Source: Fibrobacter sp. (GTDB lineage Bacteria; Fibrobacterota; Fibrobacteria; Fibrobacterales; Fibrobacteraceae). Taken from it: 64,000 nt of DNA. The notes under the pieces were generated by a model. It did not search any database. It worked only from the letters and a program-made list of their open reading frames with translations, and was not told where the DNA came from. Made by a program: the position numbers and the translations under genes. Each line of letters starts with the position of its first letter. Positions within the stretch are counted from its first letter, which is position 1. The DNA is taken from contig JAZLKH010000011.1 of assembly GCA_045597545.1 (NCBI GenBank), positions 1,284 to 65,283 of the forward strand, written 5' to 3'. Of this stretch, positions 53,898-63,980 are shown piece after piece.

Positions 53898-56700
53898 CCA
53901 CGCTTCCCTTGACTTCATCCTTGGTGACGCGAACAATCTTGTCGATTTTCTTCTCCAGCTCGCCTACATGACTGATGATTCCAACCAGGCGATGATCGCC
54001 GGCCAGATTCTGCAACACGTTGATGGCAGACTTCAGGCTTTCATCATCCAGGGACCCAAAGCCCTCATCCACGAACATGGTGTCCAGCTGGATGCCGCCG
54101 GCGGAACTCTGCACTTCGTCGGCAAGGCCCAGGGCCAGCGACAATGAGGCCAGAAAACTTTCGCCACCGCTCAAGGTTTTTACTTCACGCTGGCGACCAC
54201 TGGCATGGTCGATGACATTCAGGTCCAGGCCCGTTTGAGCGCGATTATTAGAAGCTTCCGTTCGACGGACAAGCTCGTACTTCCCGTTCGAAAGAATGCG
54301 GAATCGAATGTTTGCCCTATGGACAATGCGATCAAAATACGAGGTCTGCACGTAGGTTTCAAGCATCAGCTTTTCGCGACCGCTAAGGCCGCCGTTTGCC
54401 GTGTCCGCAAGGTTCTTGAGCCACTGACGCTTCTTGCTGGTTTCGCCAAGATTTGCAGCAACATCCTGAATATTTTCGAGAGTTCGCTGATTTTGAGTAA
54501 CGCGACCGGAGGCATTTTTCCAAAGGTTAGTCTTGTTGCCCTGAAGTTCCTTGAGTGCCTTGCTGGCAGCATCCAGAGCAGCCAAGTCGTATTCCGGAAC
54601 ACCTTCCAGAGCTTTATTGAAGGCCTCGATCTGGCCCTTCAAAGTCCTGACTTCACCTTCGCAATTATTGTACGCATCGGTTGCATCCTTCAAGGCCTTA
54701 TTAGAACTATCTAGTGCACCCTGCAACTTCTGAATTTCGCTGGAGGCCATAGCCCTACTTTCAAAAGCCAGATTCCTCTGCTTTTCTGCAATGGAATTGT
54801 TCAGAGCCTCGATTTCTTTAGCCACTGCAATATTGTTGCGGTTCAGCTCTTCACCAACATTGCGCAGTTCCTCCAGGCGCTTCTCCTGGGCAGGAATTCC
54901 GGTTTCCTTATTTTCAAGTTCAAGCTTACGACTGGCCTTCCGGTTTTCAACAGTCAATTCCTCATTGAGGCGTGCCAAAGCTTCGCGATTCTTCTGGAAT
55001 TCTTCATTGCCTCGAGCCTTGGCGTCTTCAATAGCGCATCCACCAAACAGCTTGTTCAATTCTGCCTGAAGAGTTTCCCTCAAGCCATCGCAAATACCCT
55101 TCTGCTGAACGGCAGTACTATTCTTGTCGTTGCGTCCAGTTTCTGCTGCAGAGACTTTTGCCTTCAAAGTTTCCAATTCCGCCTGAGTGGGGGCTTCCAC
55201 AGACTTGCAAGCCTTATGAGGATGATGCGTAGAACCGCAAACAGGGCATTCACACCCCTCTTCCAAATCAGCAGCGAGAATGCCTGCCTGCTCATTCAAG
55301 AAGGCGCGATTCTTCCATTCATAATCATCGTGAAGGGCAGAATAAATCTTTTCAGCATCTAAGTAATCCGCCTGGGCATGCTGCAGTTTTTCCACTTCAT
55401 CGTTGTACTTTTTCTGCTGCTTGCCTACGTTCAGAATATCACCTTGACGGTTATTCAGTTCCCTGATTTCACCTTCCAGCCTAGCCTTGTTTTCGCCAGC
55501 GTTAGAAAGGCCTTCCAACTCGTTTTTCAGCCTCTGGATTTCAGCAGACTTATTTTCAAAATCAGCCTGGCTAATCCTCAGTTTTCCCTGACCATTCTGC
55601 AATGCAACAGTCCTTGCCTTCAAATCGCCACGATCCTTTTCCAGGCTGTCGTACTGGGGCAAGGAATTGCTGATTGTGGTAATCTGTTCCTGCAACTTAT
55701 CGCGTTCAAGCTGTCTTTGTTCCTGAGCAATTTTGGCGTCAAGTTTTGCCTTAAGGTCAGCTTCCTTAAAGGGGAGCTTTTCCTGAGCAGTCTTCAAGTC
55801 GCAGCGATTCCTTACCGCGGCGCTGGCCTTGCCAATTTCTGCATCCTGCTCCGAAATCTTTTTGGCAATTCCCTGCAACTCAGTTTTCAGTTTTTCTTCA
55901 AGCAGGGCATCTTCAGCCAACACATCCTGAAGCAGGGTGCACACTTCGTTCCAATCGGCAATCTGGAAACCGGCAGCCATTTCCCTCTTGTTCAAGACCT
56001 CCGCAGCAAACTTGGAATTTTCATCGCACTGGATATGAGACACGTGAGTGCAGGCGGCGCGGACCAAGTCCTCGCAGGTCTTGCCGTACTTCGAAGCTTC
56101 TTCGCTTAAACGCTTCTGGAGCTTTTCAAAGTTTTCGGTCTTAAAAATCTTGCGGAAAGTTTCTCGACGGTCCTTTGTATCTTCCAAAAGGATCTTCATG
56201 AAGTCGCCCTGAGCGATCATGGCAATCTGGGAAAATTGATCGCGATCTAACCCTCCGGTGACCGCCTTTACAGCCTCGGTCACGTCCTTTTCCTTAGACA
56301 CACTGCGGCTGGTTTCCGTAACGCGGCCAAAAGCATCGGGATAATAGAAGGTCACTGCGGCGGCTTCCTTGGTGGTACCGCTGCCGCGCTTTGCCGGGCG
56401 TTCATATTCAGGATTGCGGCAAATACGGTATTCCTTTCCGCCGTATGCAAAAGTGAGTTCCACCGATGTGGGAGTCTCGGGCTTTGCATTCAGGCAACGG
56501 AACAACTTTGCATCGTCGCGGTTGTTGCCGCTGGCCCGCCCAAAAAGGGCGTAGGTGATGGCGTCAAAAATGGTGGTCTTGCCAGCGCCCGTATCGCCGC
56601 TGATCAAGTACAAGCCGTGGGTTCCCAACTTTTCAAAGTCAATTTCAGTACGTTCGGCATAAGGGCCAAAACCAGTAATCACAAGCTTAAGGGGTCTCAT
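53884..56700 (-). CDS. sbcC: SbcC/Rad50 SMC-family ATPase
   Basis: MRPLKL..GFGPY, GDTGAGKTT, IAQGDF, zinc hook CPVCGS, LSGGE, FVDEGFGSLD, ISHV. Confidence 0.93.
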   Translation of the reverse strand: MRPLKLVITGFGPYAERTEIDFEKLGTHGLYLISGDTGAGKTTIFDAITYALFGRASGNNRDDAKLFRCLNAKPETPTSVELTFAYGGKEYRICRNPEYERPAKRGSGTTKEAAAVTFYYPDAFGRVTETSRSVSKEKDVTEAVKAVTGGLDRDQFSQIAMIAQGDFMKILLEDTKDRRETFRKIFKTENFEKLQKRLSEEASKYGKTCEDLVRAACTHVSHIQCDENSKFAAEVLNKREMAAGFQIADWNEVCTLLQDVLAEDALLEEKLKTELQGIAKKISEQDAEIGKASAAVRNRCDLKTAQEKLPFKEADLKAKLDAKIAQEQRQLERDKLQEQITTISNSLPQYDSLEKDRGDLKARTVALQNGQGKLRISQADFENKSAEIQRLKNELEGLSNAGENKARLEGEIRELNNRQGDILNVGKQQKKYNDEVEKLQHAQADYLDAEKIYSALHDDYEWKNRAFLNEQAGILAADLEEGCECPVCGSTHHPHKACKSVEAPTQAELETLKAKVSAAETGRNDKNSTAVQQKGICDGLRETLQAELNKLFGGCAIEDAKARGNEEFQKNREALARLNEELTVENRKASRKLELENKETGIPAQEKRLEELRNVGEELNRNNIAVAKEIEALNNSIAEKQRNLAFESRAMASSEIQKLQGALDSSNKALKDATDAYNNCEGEVRTLKGQIEAFNKALEGVPEYDLAALDAASKALKELQGNKTNLWKNASGRVTQNQRTLENIQDVAANLGETSKKRQWLKNLADTANGGLSGREKLMLETYVQTSYFDRIVHRANIRFRILSNGKYELVRRTEASNNRAQTGLDLNVIDHASGRQREVKTLSGGESFLASLSLALGLADEVQSSAGGIQLDTMFVDEGFGSLDDESLKSAINVLQNLAGDHRLVGIISHVGELEKKIDKIVRVTKDEVKGSVVSYS

Positions 56701-57920
56701 TACTTGCCCTCCCAAATGGAATCAATCAGGCTTTTTACAAAGCTTTCTTCATCCTCGTTCATTTCCCGATTGTTCATCTCCTTAAAGAAGTCCCCAAAAA
56801 CCTGGGAAGGAGTTTTCTGGTCCACGTTTTCAAAATCAAAATTGGCAACACCCTGGGTACGAGAGTTGTTATAGGTCAAAGTCATCAAGTTGGGATAATA
56901 GGCCCGCAACTTGGCTGCGGCATCTGGCACATCGTTTTCATCTGTCAAGACAACGTACACGTAATCTTCAAGGCTCTTGCCTTCACGAACCTGGGCATCG
57001 CGATATTCCGCAGAAACCAAGGTGGCGAACTCCCCTTCAATCTTGCGCACTTCTCGCTTCGCCTTCAGGGGAATCTCGCGAATCTTGAGCTCGGCAGTCC
57101 CGGCACAGTTATCGCCAGCATCCCCCGCGGCAACTCCAAGCTCCACTACAGTCAAAGACTTCACATGGTTTGCTTCGGAAAGAGAATACTTCAGGGGCGT
57201 ACCGCTATAGCGTACTCGACCCACGCCAGCTTCATTCTTCATCACATTCTGGGGGCGGTGAATATGACCCAGGGCCACATAGTCAAAACCATCGAAGGCA
57301 TAACCTTCCACATTGTCCAAGCCACCTACGAATTCTTCGGATCCGTTTTCATCTACTTGGGCGCCAGTCACAAACTGGTGGGCCACCAGCACATTGCGGC
57401 GGCCAGGGATGTGCTTCATCTTCGAAAGAGCCATCTGAATGGCGCTGGTGTAATCCGTTACCTGGGCACGCTCCGCATCGGCAGCTTCACCCACGCCAAG
57501 GCAGGCACGAACTTCGGCAGGGCGCACAAAAGGCAACATCCACACATCCACTTCGCCAAACTCATCCTTCAAGGTCACCGGGGCAAAAGTGCCATTATAA
57601 ACCGGCGACATATGGATTCCGCGATTTTCCATCAGGCGGCCACCAAAGGCGATACGCTCCGCAGAATCGTGATTTCCGCTGAGCACAAAGCTAGGCACAT
57701 TCAAATCGGCAAGGGCCACCAAAAAATCGTCCAGAACCTGCACCGCTTCGGCACTGGGCACCGACTTATCATAAACATCGCCAGCAATAAGGACAGCGTC
57801 GGGCCTCTCCATCGCCACAACCTTCAAAATCTCGGCCAAAACATGCTTCTGGTCTTCAATCATGGAATGCTCGCAAATTCGCTTACCTATGTGCAAATCC
57901 GCTGTATGCAAGAACTTCAT
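56700..57920 (-). CDS. sbcD: SbcD/Mre11 nuclease
   Basis: HTADLHIG, IAGDVYD, SGNHDS, AHQF, YVALGHIH, YSGTPLKYS. Confidence 0.95.
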   Translation of the reverse strand: MKFLHTADLHIGKRICEHSMIEDQKHVLAEILKVVAMERPDAVLIAGDVYDKSVPSAEAVQVLDDFLVALADLNVPSFVLSGNHDSAERIAFGGRLMENRGIHMSPVYNGTFAPVTLKDEFGEVDVWMLPFVRPAEVRACLGVGEAADAERAQVTDYTSAIQMALSKMKHIPGRRNVLVAHQFVTGAQVDENGSEEFVGGLDNVEGYAFDGFDYVALGHIHRPQNVMKNEAGVGRVRYSGTPLKYSLSEANHVKSLTVVELGVAAGDAGDNCAGTAELKIREIPLKAKREVRKIEGEFATLVSAEYRDAQVREGKSLEDYVYVVLTDENDVPDAAAKLRAYYPNLMTLTYNNSRTQGVANFDFENVDQKTPSQVFGDFFKEMNNREMNEDEESFVKSLIDSIWEGK

Positions 57921-58064
57921 AAAACCTCTACTTATTCACACAAAATATAGCATCGCGCCAAAGCCGCCAAATGTCAAATAAAGACAGCTTCCGCGACAAC
58001 TTCCGTGACGCCGCTACAAGTGATATCGTAGACAAGACGCGCCTTGTCAAAGGTCCCAGAAAAA

Positions 58065-59084
58065 TTAACGAAGAATTGTTCCGAGAGGGAACTTCTTGAT
58101 TTCGGCCAGGGCGCCCCCCGCAGCCTTTCGCAGATCCGATTCCAGGGCGTCGCGCAGCTTCTCGTTGATAGAGCGTGCAGGACCCTTGCCCATGTCGATA
58201 GTGAGTTTTTTATCATACACCAGCTTGCAGGCCAAAAGTTCCGTCAGGTCGTGGCCGCGCATCAGGTAGCGGCGCATCTGGGGCTTTCTTCTTGCCGCAT
58301 GGTAAATGTCCTTCGCCTTCTCGATCACCTGGGGCAGGAATCCTCCAAACTCCTCCTCGCCAAAGATCGCCGTAAGCACCACGCCGATATCCTCGATGCT
58401 GGAGCAGGTCATGTTCCTAAAGTCCACAAGGCCAAAGCTGTCCATGAAGGTCACGTCGAACTTCTCCCTTTCCAAATCCGCGCGCTCCCTGCTCCGATTG
58501 CACAGAATGGAAACGCCCTGGGGAACCTTCATCTCCTCGCAGACCCATACATTGGCGATGCGGAACGCCCCAAGGACCACGGCCATGTCCAGGATACGAT
58601 TGCGAATGCTGTCGATCACCTCGTCGTCGTCGTAGATTTCCACCATCAGCGAACGGTAGGCTTCCGACATAAACAGGAAGGATTCCATATCGCTGTAGCC
58701 GTCCCTCGCCGCGATGTCGAAAAGCTGGTAAAAGAAGTTGTCCGCCTTCACCAGGCGCTCCGGGGCACCGGACTTTCCCTTTCCGGAAAACAGCTCCAGC
58801 GCATAGTCGAAATCCAGGTCGGCGCAAAAATAGGCGTAGGGCACCTCCACGGGATTCTTCAGGAAACGCCGGTAGCGCTCCATCACCCCCTGCTTCTTGT
58901 GAGCCACCACGATGGTCCATCTGGAGGCATCCTTCAACAGGGCGCGATAAAACTTCCGGTCGTCATCCCCTTCCACAAAGAGGGTGGCCTTCTCCGGGGC
59001 GGCGTCATTGCGCATGCGGGCAAGATTCACCCCGTAACTTGGGTGATTCCTGTCAAAATCTTCTAGGGACTCAAAGGACTGCAT
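58065..59084 (-). CDS. DUF4435 TOPRIM-like protein (PARIS AriB-like)
   Basis: LFVEGDDDRKFY, ADLDFD, DMES, RGHDL; 15 bp downstream of an ABC ATPase gene. Confidence 0.7.
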   Translation of the reverse strand: MQSFESLEDFDRNHPSYGVNLARMRNDAAPEKATLFVEGDDDRKFYRALLKDASRWTIVVAHKKQGVMERYRRFLKNPVEVPYAYFCADLDFDYALELFSGKGKSGAPERLVKADNFFYQLFDIAARDGYSDMESFLFMSEAYRSLMVEIYDDDEVIDSIRNRILDMAVVLGAFRIANVWVCEEMKVPQGVSILCNRSRERADLEREKFDVTFMDSFGLVDFRNMTCSSIEDIGVVLTAIFGEEEFGGFLPQVIEKAKDIYHAARRKPQMRRYLMRGHDLTELLACKLVYDKKLTIDMGKGPARSINEKLRDALESDLRKAAGGALAEIKKFPLGTILR

Positions 59085-59099
59085 CTATAAAAACCGGGC

Positions 59100-60635
59100 C
59101 TACTTCACCATCTTTGCAAGTTCAACGGTCTTATCCCAATGGTCTCCGATAAATGCGGGCGAATGGGTCGCTATGATAAAGTGGCGCTTCACCGTCTTGG
59201 AGTTTTTCGTCTCCTTGGACTCGTTCTGGATCTTGAACAAAATGTCGGAGAACTTTTCCTGCCAGCTGGGGTGGAACGAAATCTCGGGCTCGTCCATCAT
59301 CACCAGCGCATCGGAATTGCTGGCGTCGAACAGCAGGCGGCCAAGGAGTACGATCAGGTGCTGCTCCCCCGACGACAGGGCGTCCAGGGGAATGCTCGCG
59401 TTCGATATGGAGTTCTTCACCTCCAGGATGTTGTCCCACTGCGAAAGGTTTATGGAGACCGTCTTCAAATCCAGCAGGGCCTTTAGGGAATCCGTAAAGA
59501 CCTTCAACCTCTTCAGCAGGGGATTGAACACCACCAGCTTCTCCCTCACGTCGTCCAGGTACATGTCAAACACCACCAGGGCCGAGTCGTCGTCCGTCTG
59601 CAAGTCGCGATTCATCCTGTTGGCCGAAGTGATGCCGAACTCGTTGCAGCTGTTCTCCAGCTTGCGAATGCCGGTAATCTTCGTGTTGATCTTCTTGCGA
59701 AGCTCCTCGCTAGAGGGGCGCTCCTTGTTGTTCAACCTTTCCACCACGCGGTCCACGAAGTTGGATTCCAGGTTGCGGGCGGTCTGCAGCTGTTCGCGCA
59801 TGTAGCGGTTGTAGGCCATGCGGATATCGCTGCTGATGCTGAAAATCTTAAGAAGGTGGGCGCTACGGCCCTCCTGGTTCTCGGACAGGCTCCTGGAACG
59901 TATCGGGCGTCCCAGGGGCGAAACCGTACGGTCGTTCTCCTCGTCGTAGAGGCGGTTGGTGCTGATATAGTTCACCATGAAGTTCAGGCGGCGAACCATG
60001 GGCGTAATCCAGGCGAACATCTTACGGAACTGCAAGCCGTAGCGTTGATATACCCCGGACAAGTCATAGACCTCGCCGTCGCGCTTGTCCTTCCACAGGC
60101 GGCAAGAACCTCCCGCGCTCATAAAGGGCAGCATGGGCTCCAGCGAGGGAATCGCGGCCACCACATCGTTGGTCACCCTGTCGATATCCTCGTCCGTAAA
60201 GACCGCCTCGGAGTCGTCGCATCTCACGTAGCAGGTGTAGGGCATGGAATCCTCCTCCATGTCGCTACCCGGAGTCACCTCCTCCTCGGCCTCGGGGGGA
60301 ATCTCCACCATCCGCGGCACCTTCTCGATGACAAATACGGTCTCCTTGGGCTTGGACGCCTCCTCGTCGGGCAGGGGTTCCGAACCGGGGCCTATACGGG
60401 GCCGCCACTCGTCGCCAAGGGCCCCCTTAAAGCTCATCTCGATGCGGTCAAACACAAGACCCGCAAAGTAGCAGATGTTGCCGCTGGCCGCGGCACGGAT
60501 AATCTTCAGAATCGTGGACTTTCCAAAGCCGTTTGGGGCCGTCAAAATGGTAAAGCCGTCGTTCTTGTCAAAGTCGATATCGTAATCGAAAGTTCCAAAA
60601 AGTTTCTCGATCCTAAGGGAAGTAATTCTTTTCAT
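59100..60635 (-). CDS. ABC-type ATPase AAA_15/AAA_21 (PARIS AriA-like)
   Basis: IEKLFG.FDY, APNGFGKST, LSSGEQH, MMDEPEISFHPSWQ, ATHSP. Confidence 0.8.
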   Translation of the reverse strand: MKRITSLRIEKLFGTFDYDIDFDKNDGFTILTAPNGFGKSTILKIIRAAASGNICYFAGLVFDRIEMSFKGALGDEWRPRIGPGSEPLPDEEASKPKETVFVIEKVPRMVEIPPEAEEEVTPGSDMEEDSMPYTCYVRCDDSEAVFTDEDIDRVTNDVVAAIPSLEPMLPFMSAGGSCRLWKDKRDGEVYDLSGVYQRYGLQFRKMFAWITPMVRRLNFMVNYISTNRLYDEENDRTVSPLGRPIRSRSLSENQEGRSAHLLKIFSISSDIRMAYNRYMREQLQTARNLESNFVDRVVERLNNKERPSSEELRKKINTKITGIRKLENSCNEFGITSANRMNRDLQTDDDSALVVFDMYLDDVREKLVVFNPLLKRLKVFTDSLKALLDLKTVSINLSQWDNILEVKNSISNASIPLDALSSGEQHLIVLLGRLLFDASNSDALVMMDEPEISFHPSWQEKFSDILFKIQNESKETKNSKTVKRHFIIATHSPAFIGDHWDKTVELAKMVK

Positions 60636-60766
60636 AAGCCTAAATCTAAATCAAAAAACGCTATAAACGCGTAAATTTTTTTGCATTCGAAATGCCCCTC
60701 CGCAAAATAATTCTATTTATGGGACAACGGGCCAACACCCACTCATTTTTATCGAGGGCAACAAGC

Positions 60767-61759
60767 ATGGAAAACGCAGCCGTAATCAGCTACTACAACC
60801 GCCTCATCATGGCAAAGAACCAGGGCCACTTCGAAATCGCCCAGGCCCTGCTCGCCCTCATCGAAAATGCAACCGACCTGGACCAGTCCGCAGCCGACTA
60901 CCGCAAGGCCATGGACAAGATCGCCCAGGCCAAGGGCTATGCCGCGGCCATCGCCGCAGGAACCGAAACCACGGCAGCCGCCACCGAATCCGAAGTCAGC
61001 GACTGGGAAGGCTACGTCTACAACAATCCCCCCTTCACCCGTCAGCTGGCCCTTGCCCTGGCAAACTACTTCGAAAAGGCCGCCCGCTTCAACCAGGCCT
61101 ACGAAATGTACCTCTCCGCAAGCGAACTCGACGACGCATTCGACGGCTTCGAAGCCTCCGCCCAACAGGCCATCAAGATGAAGCAGGCCGAAGACGGAAC
61201 CATGGCAAACGATTTCGGAAAGCAGTGCGAAGCCCAAGGCAACCACGCCGCAGCCGCCAGCTGGTACAAAAAGGCAAAGGAAGCAGGTAACGCCGAGGCC
61301 GTTGAATCCCTGGGCCGTATGCAGGCCTTCCACGGGGTCGCTCGCTTCTACACGCCTTGGCTGGAAATCGCTAAAAGGACTGGCCGCAAGGAACTGGCCG
61401 AAGCCATCAACGCAATGCTCTCCGCAGACCCCAAGCTCGCAGGCGTCAACCAGGAAGCCGTCACCATCGGCGAATCCGCGGTGCCTCCCTGCTACGAAGA
61501 AGTGGACTTCTGGGAAAGGGAACTGGAGGAATTTTCCAAGTTCAGCGACGTCTCCACCGATGCAGCCATCATCGCCATCGGCAAGCTGCTGGAACGAGCC
61601 AAGATGTACAACATCGCCCTTCGCTGGTACAAGAAGGCAGTGCCAGCCGCCAACGCCGACGCCCACCGCATGCTCCCCCTCAAGAGCAAGTCCGTGCCCA
61701 TGCGCGAAGCCGAAGACATCTACGACAGCGCAAGTTCCATTCCCGCCCTCTGGAAATAG
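60767..61759 (+). CDS. Sel1/TPR-like helical repeat protein with internal duplication
   Basis: AASWYKKAKEAGNAEA and ALRWYKKA; two similar halves (AKNQG..EIAQAL / AKRTG..ELAEAI; EVSDWE / EVDFWE). Confidence 0.6.
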   Translation: MENAAVISYYNRLIMAKNQGHFEIAQALLALIENATDLDQSAADYRKAMDKIAQAKGYAAAIAAGTETTAAATESEVSDWEGYVYNNPPFTRQLALALANYFEKAARFNQAYEMYLSASELDDAFDGFEASAQQAIKMKQAEDGTMANDFGKQCEAQGNHAAAASWYKKAKEAGNAEAVESLGRMQAFHGVARFYTPWLEIAKRTGRKELAEAINAMLSADPKLAGVNQEAVTIGESAVPPCYEEVDFWERELEEFSKFSDVSTDAAIIAIGKLLERAKMYNIALRWYKKAVPAANADAHRMLPLKSKSVPMREAEDIYDSASSIPALWK

Positions 61760-61789
61760 GCGAAAGGTGAGAGCGTAAAGGCTCCCTTT

Positions 61790-62692
61790 TTACCGCTCCA
61801 CCCGACCATCTACAAGGAAATTCTTTTTCTTGACGCGATAAATATTCGGTGCCGGCTTAGAAACCGATTGCACATAAACCCTTTTATGGATAGCGGTGGG
61901 TCCAGATGAATCTGCACCACACGCTTTACACATCTCGCTGAACAGGGCCAGGATTTCGCTTTCCGAAAGCGCATAATCATAGAATCTTACATCATCGATT
62001 CGACCCTTAAAGAAGCTCCACTTGGAGCGGGTGCCTATGCGTACCGGCGCAGTCCCATTCTCCGGATGCACATTATAGGTGTCATCTGTCAGCGTATCTG
62101 TATCCTTCAGCACACCGTTCTTGTAAATGCTGATGGAATTGCTTTCCATATCGTAGCGGGCCACGACGTGAATCCACTCGTTTGCAGCGATTTTCTCCTG
62201 CACGTAGCTTCCCGAGCCCAGTCCTCCCGACAAGTTAAAGGCATAAGACGAAATCCTGTTTGGTCGCTGCTCCTGCCCCTCGACCAAATCCCTGTTGTAC
62301 ATGCGGAGCGCCCACTCATGCTGCTGGGGCATTCCCTTTCCCATCCAGTGAACATATCCATTGTCGTTATTCTCAAAGTTCAAGGTTTCAGGACTCACCC
62401 ACGCAGAAACCGTCAACGCCCCCGTAGTGGAAATACTAAACACATCTGCATCGGGAATTTCGACAAAGGCATCCAGACCGTTGAAATAGCAAGCGGCGTT
62501 GACGTAGCCAAAGCGATCCTCGGCAAAGCTCACGTTATTATTCAACACCTCGCCAAGCTCATCCGACGAAATCGCGAGAACCGAGCCATCGCACATAAGT
62601 TCCACAGCGGCCTTCGGCAAGGCGGAATCCACACCAGCCATGGCAACAGCAAACGCGCAAAACGTAATCTTCAAGAAACGCAATCCACGCAT
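61790..62692 (-). CDS. Secreted LamG/concanavalin-A-like domain protein
   Basis: Signal peptide, DRFG..NAA.YFNG, LTVSAWV, WIHVVARYD, IYKNGV, FKGRIDDVRFYDYALS; basic tail ending FLVDGR. Confidence 0.8.
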   Translation of the reverse strand: MRGLRFLKITFCAFAVAMAGVDSALPKAAVELMCDGSVLAISSDELGEVLNNNVSFAEDRFGYVNAACYFNGLDAFVEIPDADVFSISTTGALTVSAWVSPETLNFENNDNGYVHWMGKGMPQQHEWALRMYNRDLVEGQEQRPNRISSYAFNLSGGLGSGSYVQEKIAANEWIHVVARYDMESNSISIYKNGVLKDTDTLTDDTYNVHPENGTAPVRIGTRSKWSFFKGRIDDVRFYDYALSESEILALFSEMCKACGADSSGPTAIHKRVYVQSVSKPAPNIYRVKKKNFLVDGRVER

Positions 62693-63300
62693 CTTTCAAC
62701 CCACCGATCCAAAAAATCCATCTGCTCATCAGTATGGAACCAGTGTTCGCCACCCTCCATCACCGTAAGGGATGCGCCTACCCGCTGGGCAAATTCGCAA
62801 GCAACATCGTAAGGCGTGAGGTTGTCTGCGGAACCGTACAAAATATCCGTAGGCATAAAATTCGCGGCATCTCGTTCACAAACGTTCCATCGAACAGGAT
62901 GCTCCCGGACATAGCTTAAGTACTCCCAGGAAAGAGTCTCGCCAAATGCAGTGGGAATCTCACCCTTCTCGCGCAGTTCCTCTTCAGAGACGCCCGCCCA
63001 AAGCATCATATTGCAAATGAGCTTCTCCATATTTACGATAGGAGAAATCAAGAGCGCACGTTCAACCCTAGGGCAAGCCATCATGGAAAAGTACGCCCCG
63101 ATACTATTGGCAATCAGCAGCACAGAATCGTAATCCTTAAGGCCCGCAAAGAAAGCCTGAAATTCAGGAATCACCTCCCAAGGCGTTTCAGCCTTATATT
63201 CAAGGCCCACCACCTCATAGCCCTGCAATAGAGCCTTGTAATGGTCCGCCTCGGCGACATTCCCACCCTTTCCATGAACATAAACCGCAATACGCATCAT
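62671..63300 (-). CDS. Alpha/beta hydrolase
   Basis: YVHGKGG, ANSIG nucleophile elbow, ISPIV, YGSADNL, GEHWFH. Confidence 0.85.
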   Translation of the reverse strand: MMRIAVYVHGKGGNVAEADHYKALLQGYEVVGLEYKAETPWEVIPEFQAFFAGLKDYDSVLLIANSIGAYFSMMACPRVERALLISPIVNMEKLICNMMLWAGVSEEELREKGEIPTAFGETLSWEYLSYVREHPVRWNVCERDAANFMPTDILYGSADNLTPYDVACEFAQRVGASLTVMEGGEHWFHTDEQMDFLDRWVERCVDCVS

Positions 63301-63391
63301 CTTCTACTTTAAATCATATGAGTTGCACGCATACAGACGAATCATGCGAACTAATATAAAAAAACACGGTAAAAAAACATTCAAATTCCCT

Positions 63392-63421
63392 TTTACAAAA
63401 AAACATGGCATATGCGATAAG
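63392..63421 (+). promoter_or_regulatory. Putative promoter TTTACA-N17-CGATAAG
   Basis: Third copy of the motif seen at 10431 and 37144. Confidence 0.45.
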
Positions 63422-63482
63422 GTTAGTGTAAGGGAGGCGCGCCCCTTAAGGACATCTTAAAACATCTTCTGGAGAGAAAAAG

Positions 63483-63761
63483 ATGAAAGATAACAAACAG
63501 CTCATGAAAAACGCTGCCTACCGCCACCTCGTCGCTGATCGCAACAAGCTCATCAAGCGAATCAACTTCGCAGAAGCTCGCCTGGAAAAGTACAGCCACG
63601 CCCTCAGCGACAGGGATGTGGAAATACTGCAGGAACGCATCAACGTATCCACCCAGCAGCTGGCCTCCGTCAACGACCAAATCGCAGACATAGAAGAAGG
63701 CGACGCTGTTCCCAAAGGCTGGCAAGGACACGCATCCAAAGCCCTCCGCGATGCTAGCTAA
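63483..63761 (+). CDS. Small coiled-coil hypothetical protein (paralog of 10608-10910)
   Basis: GGAG RBS; KL...AEARLE...D....QERI.....LASVNDQ. Confidence 0.7.
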   Translation: MKDNKQLMKNAAYRHLVADRNKLIKRINFAEARLEKYSHALSDRDVEILQERINVSTQQLASVNDQIADIEEGDAVPKGWQGHASKALRDAS

Positions 63762-63786
63762 AAACAACGAATGCCTTAAAACGCCC

Positions 63787-63814
63787 AAAGCCACCGTTAC
63801 TACGGTGGCTTTTT
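63787..63814 (+). terminator. Intrinsic terminator
   Basis: AAAGCCACCGT-TACT-ACGGTGGCTTTTT. Confidence 0.75.
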
Positions 63815-63936
63815 CCTTAATGCAAAACCTACGCACCGCACCGGGAACTGTGCGCACAACGCCGTAATGCGCCGGCGACAGCAGGCGACATGCCCGCAGG
63901 ATGGCCGAGGGATGCGAGACGCGCCAGCCGCAGGAC

Positions 63937-63975
63937 AAAAAAAAGGGGCCCCCGAGCTTTAAGCTCAGGGGCCCC
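63937..63975 (-). terminator. rRNA operon terminator
   Basis: On the minus strand GGGGCCCC.GAGCT..AGCTC.GGGGCCCC followed by T8. Confidence 0.75.
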
Positions 63976-63980
63976 GCGAA

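Noticed and set aside
57974-58216. Small ORF and CTTCCGYGAC dimer between sbcD and the DUF4435 gene
   Set aside because: The ORF overlaps the DUF4435 gene out of frame, and the repeat is too short to exceed chance
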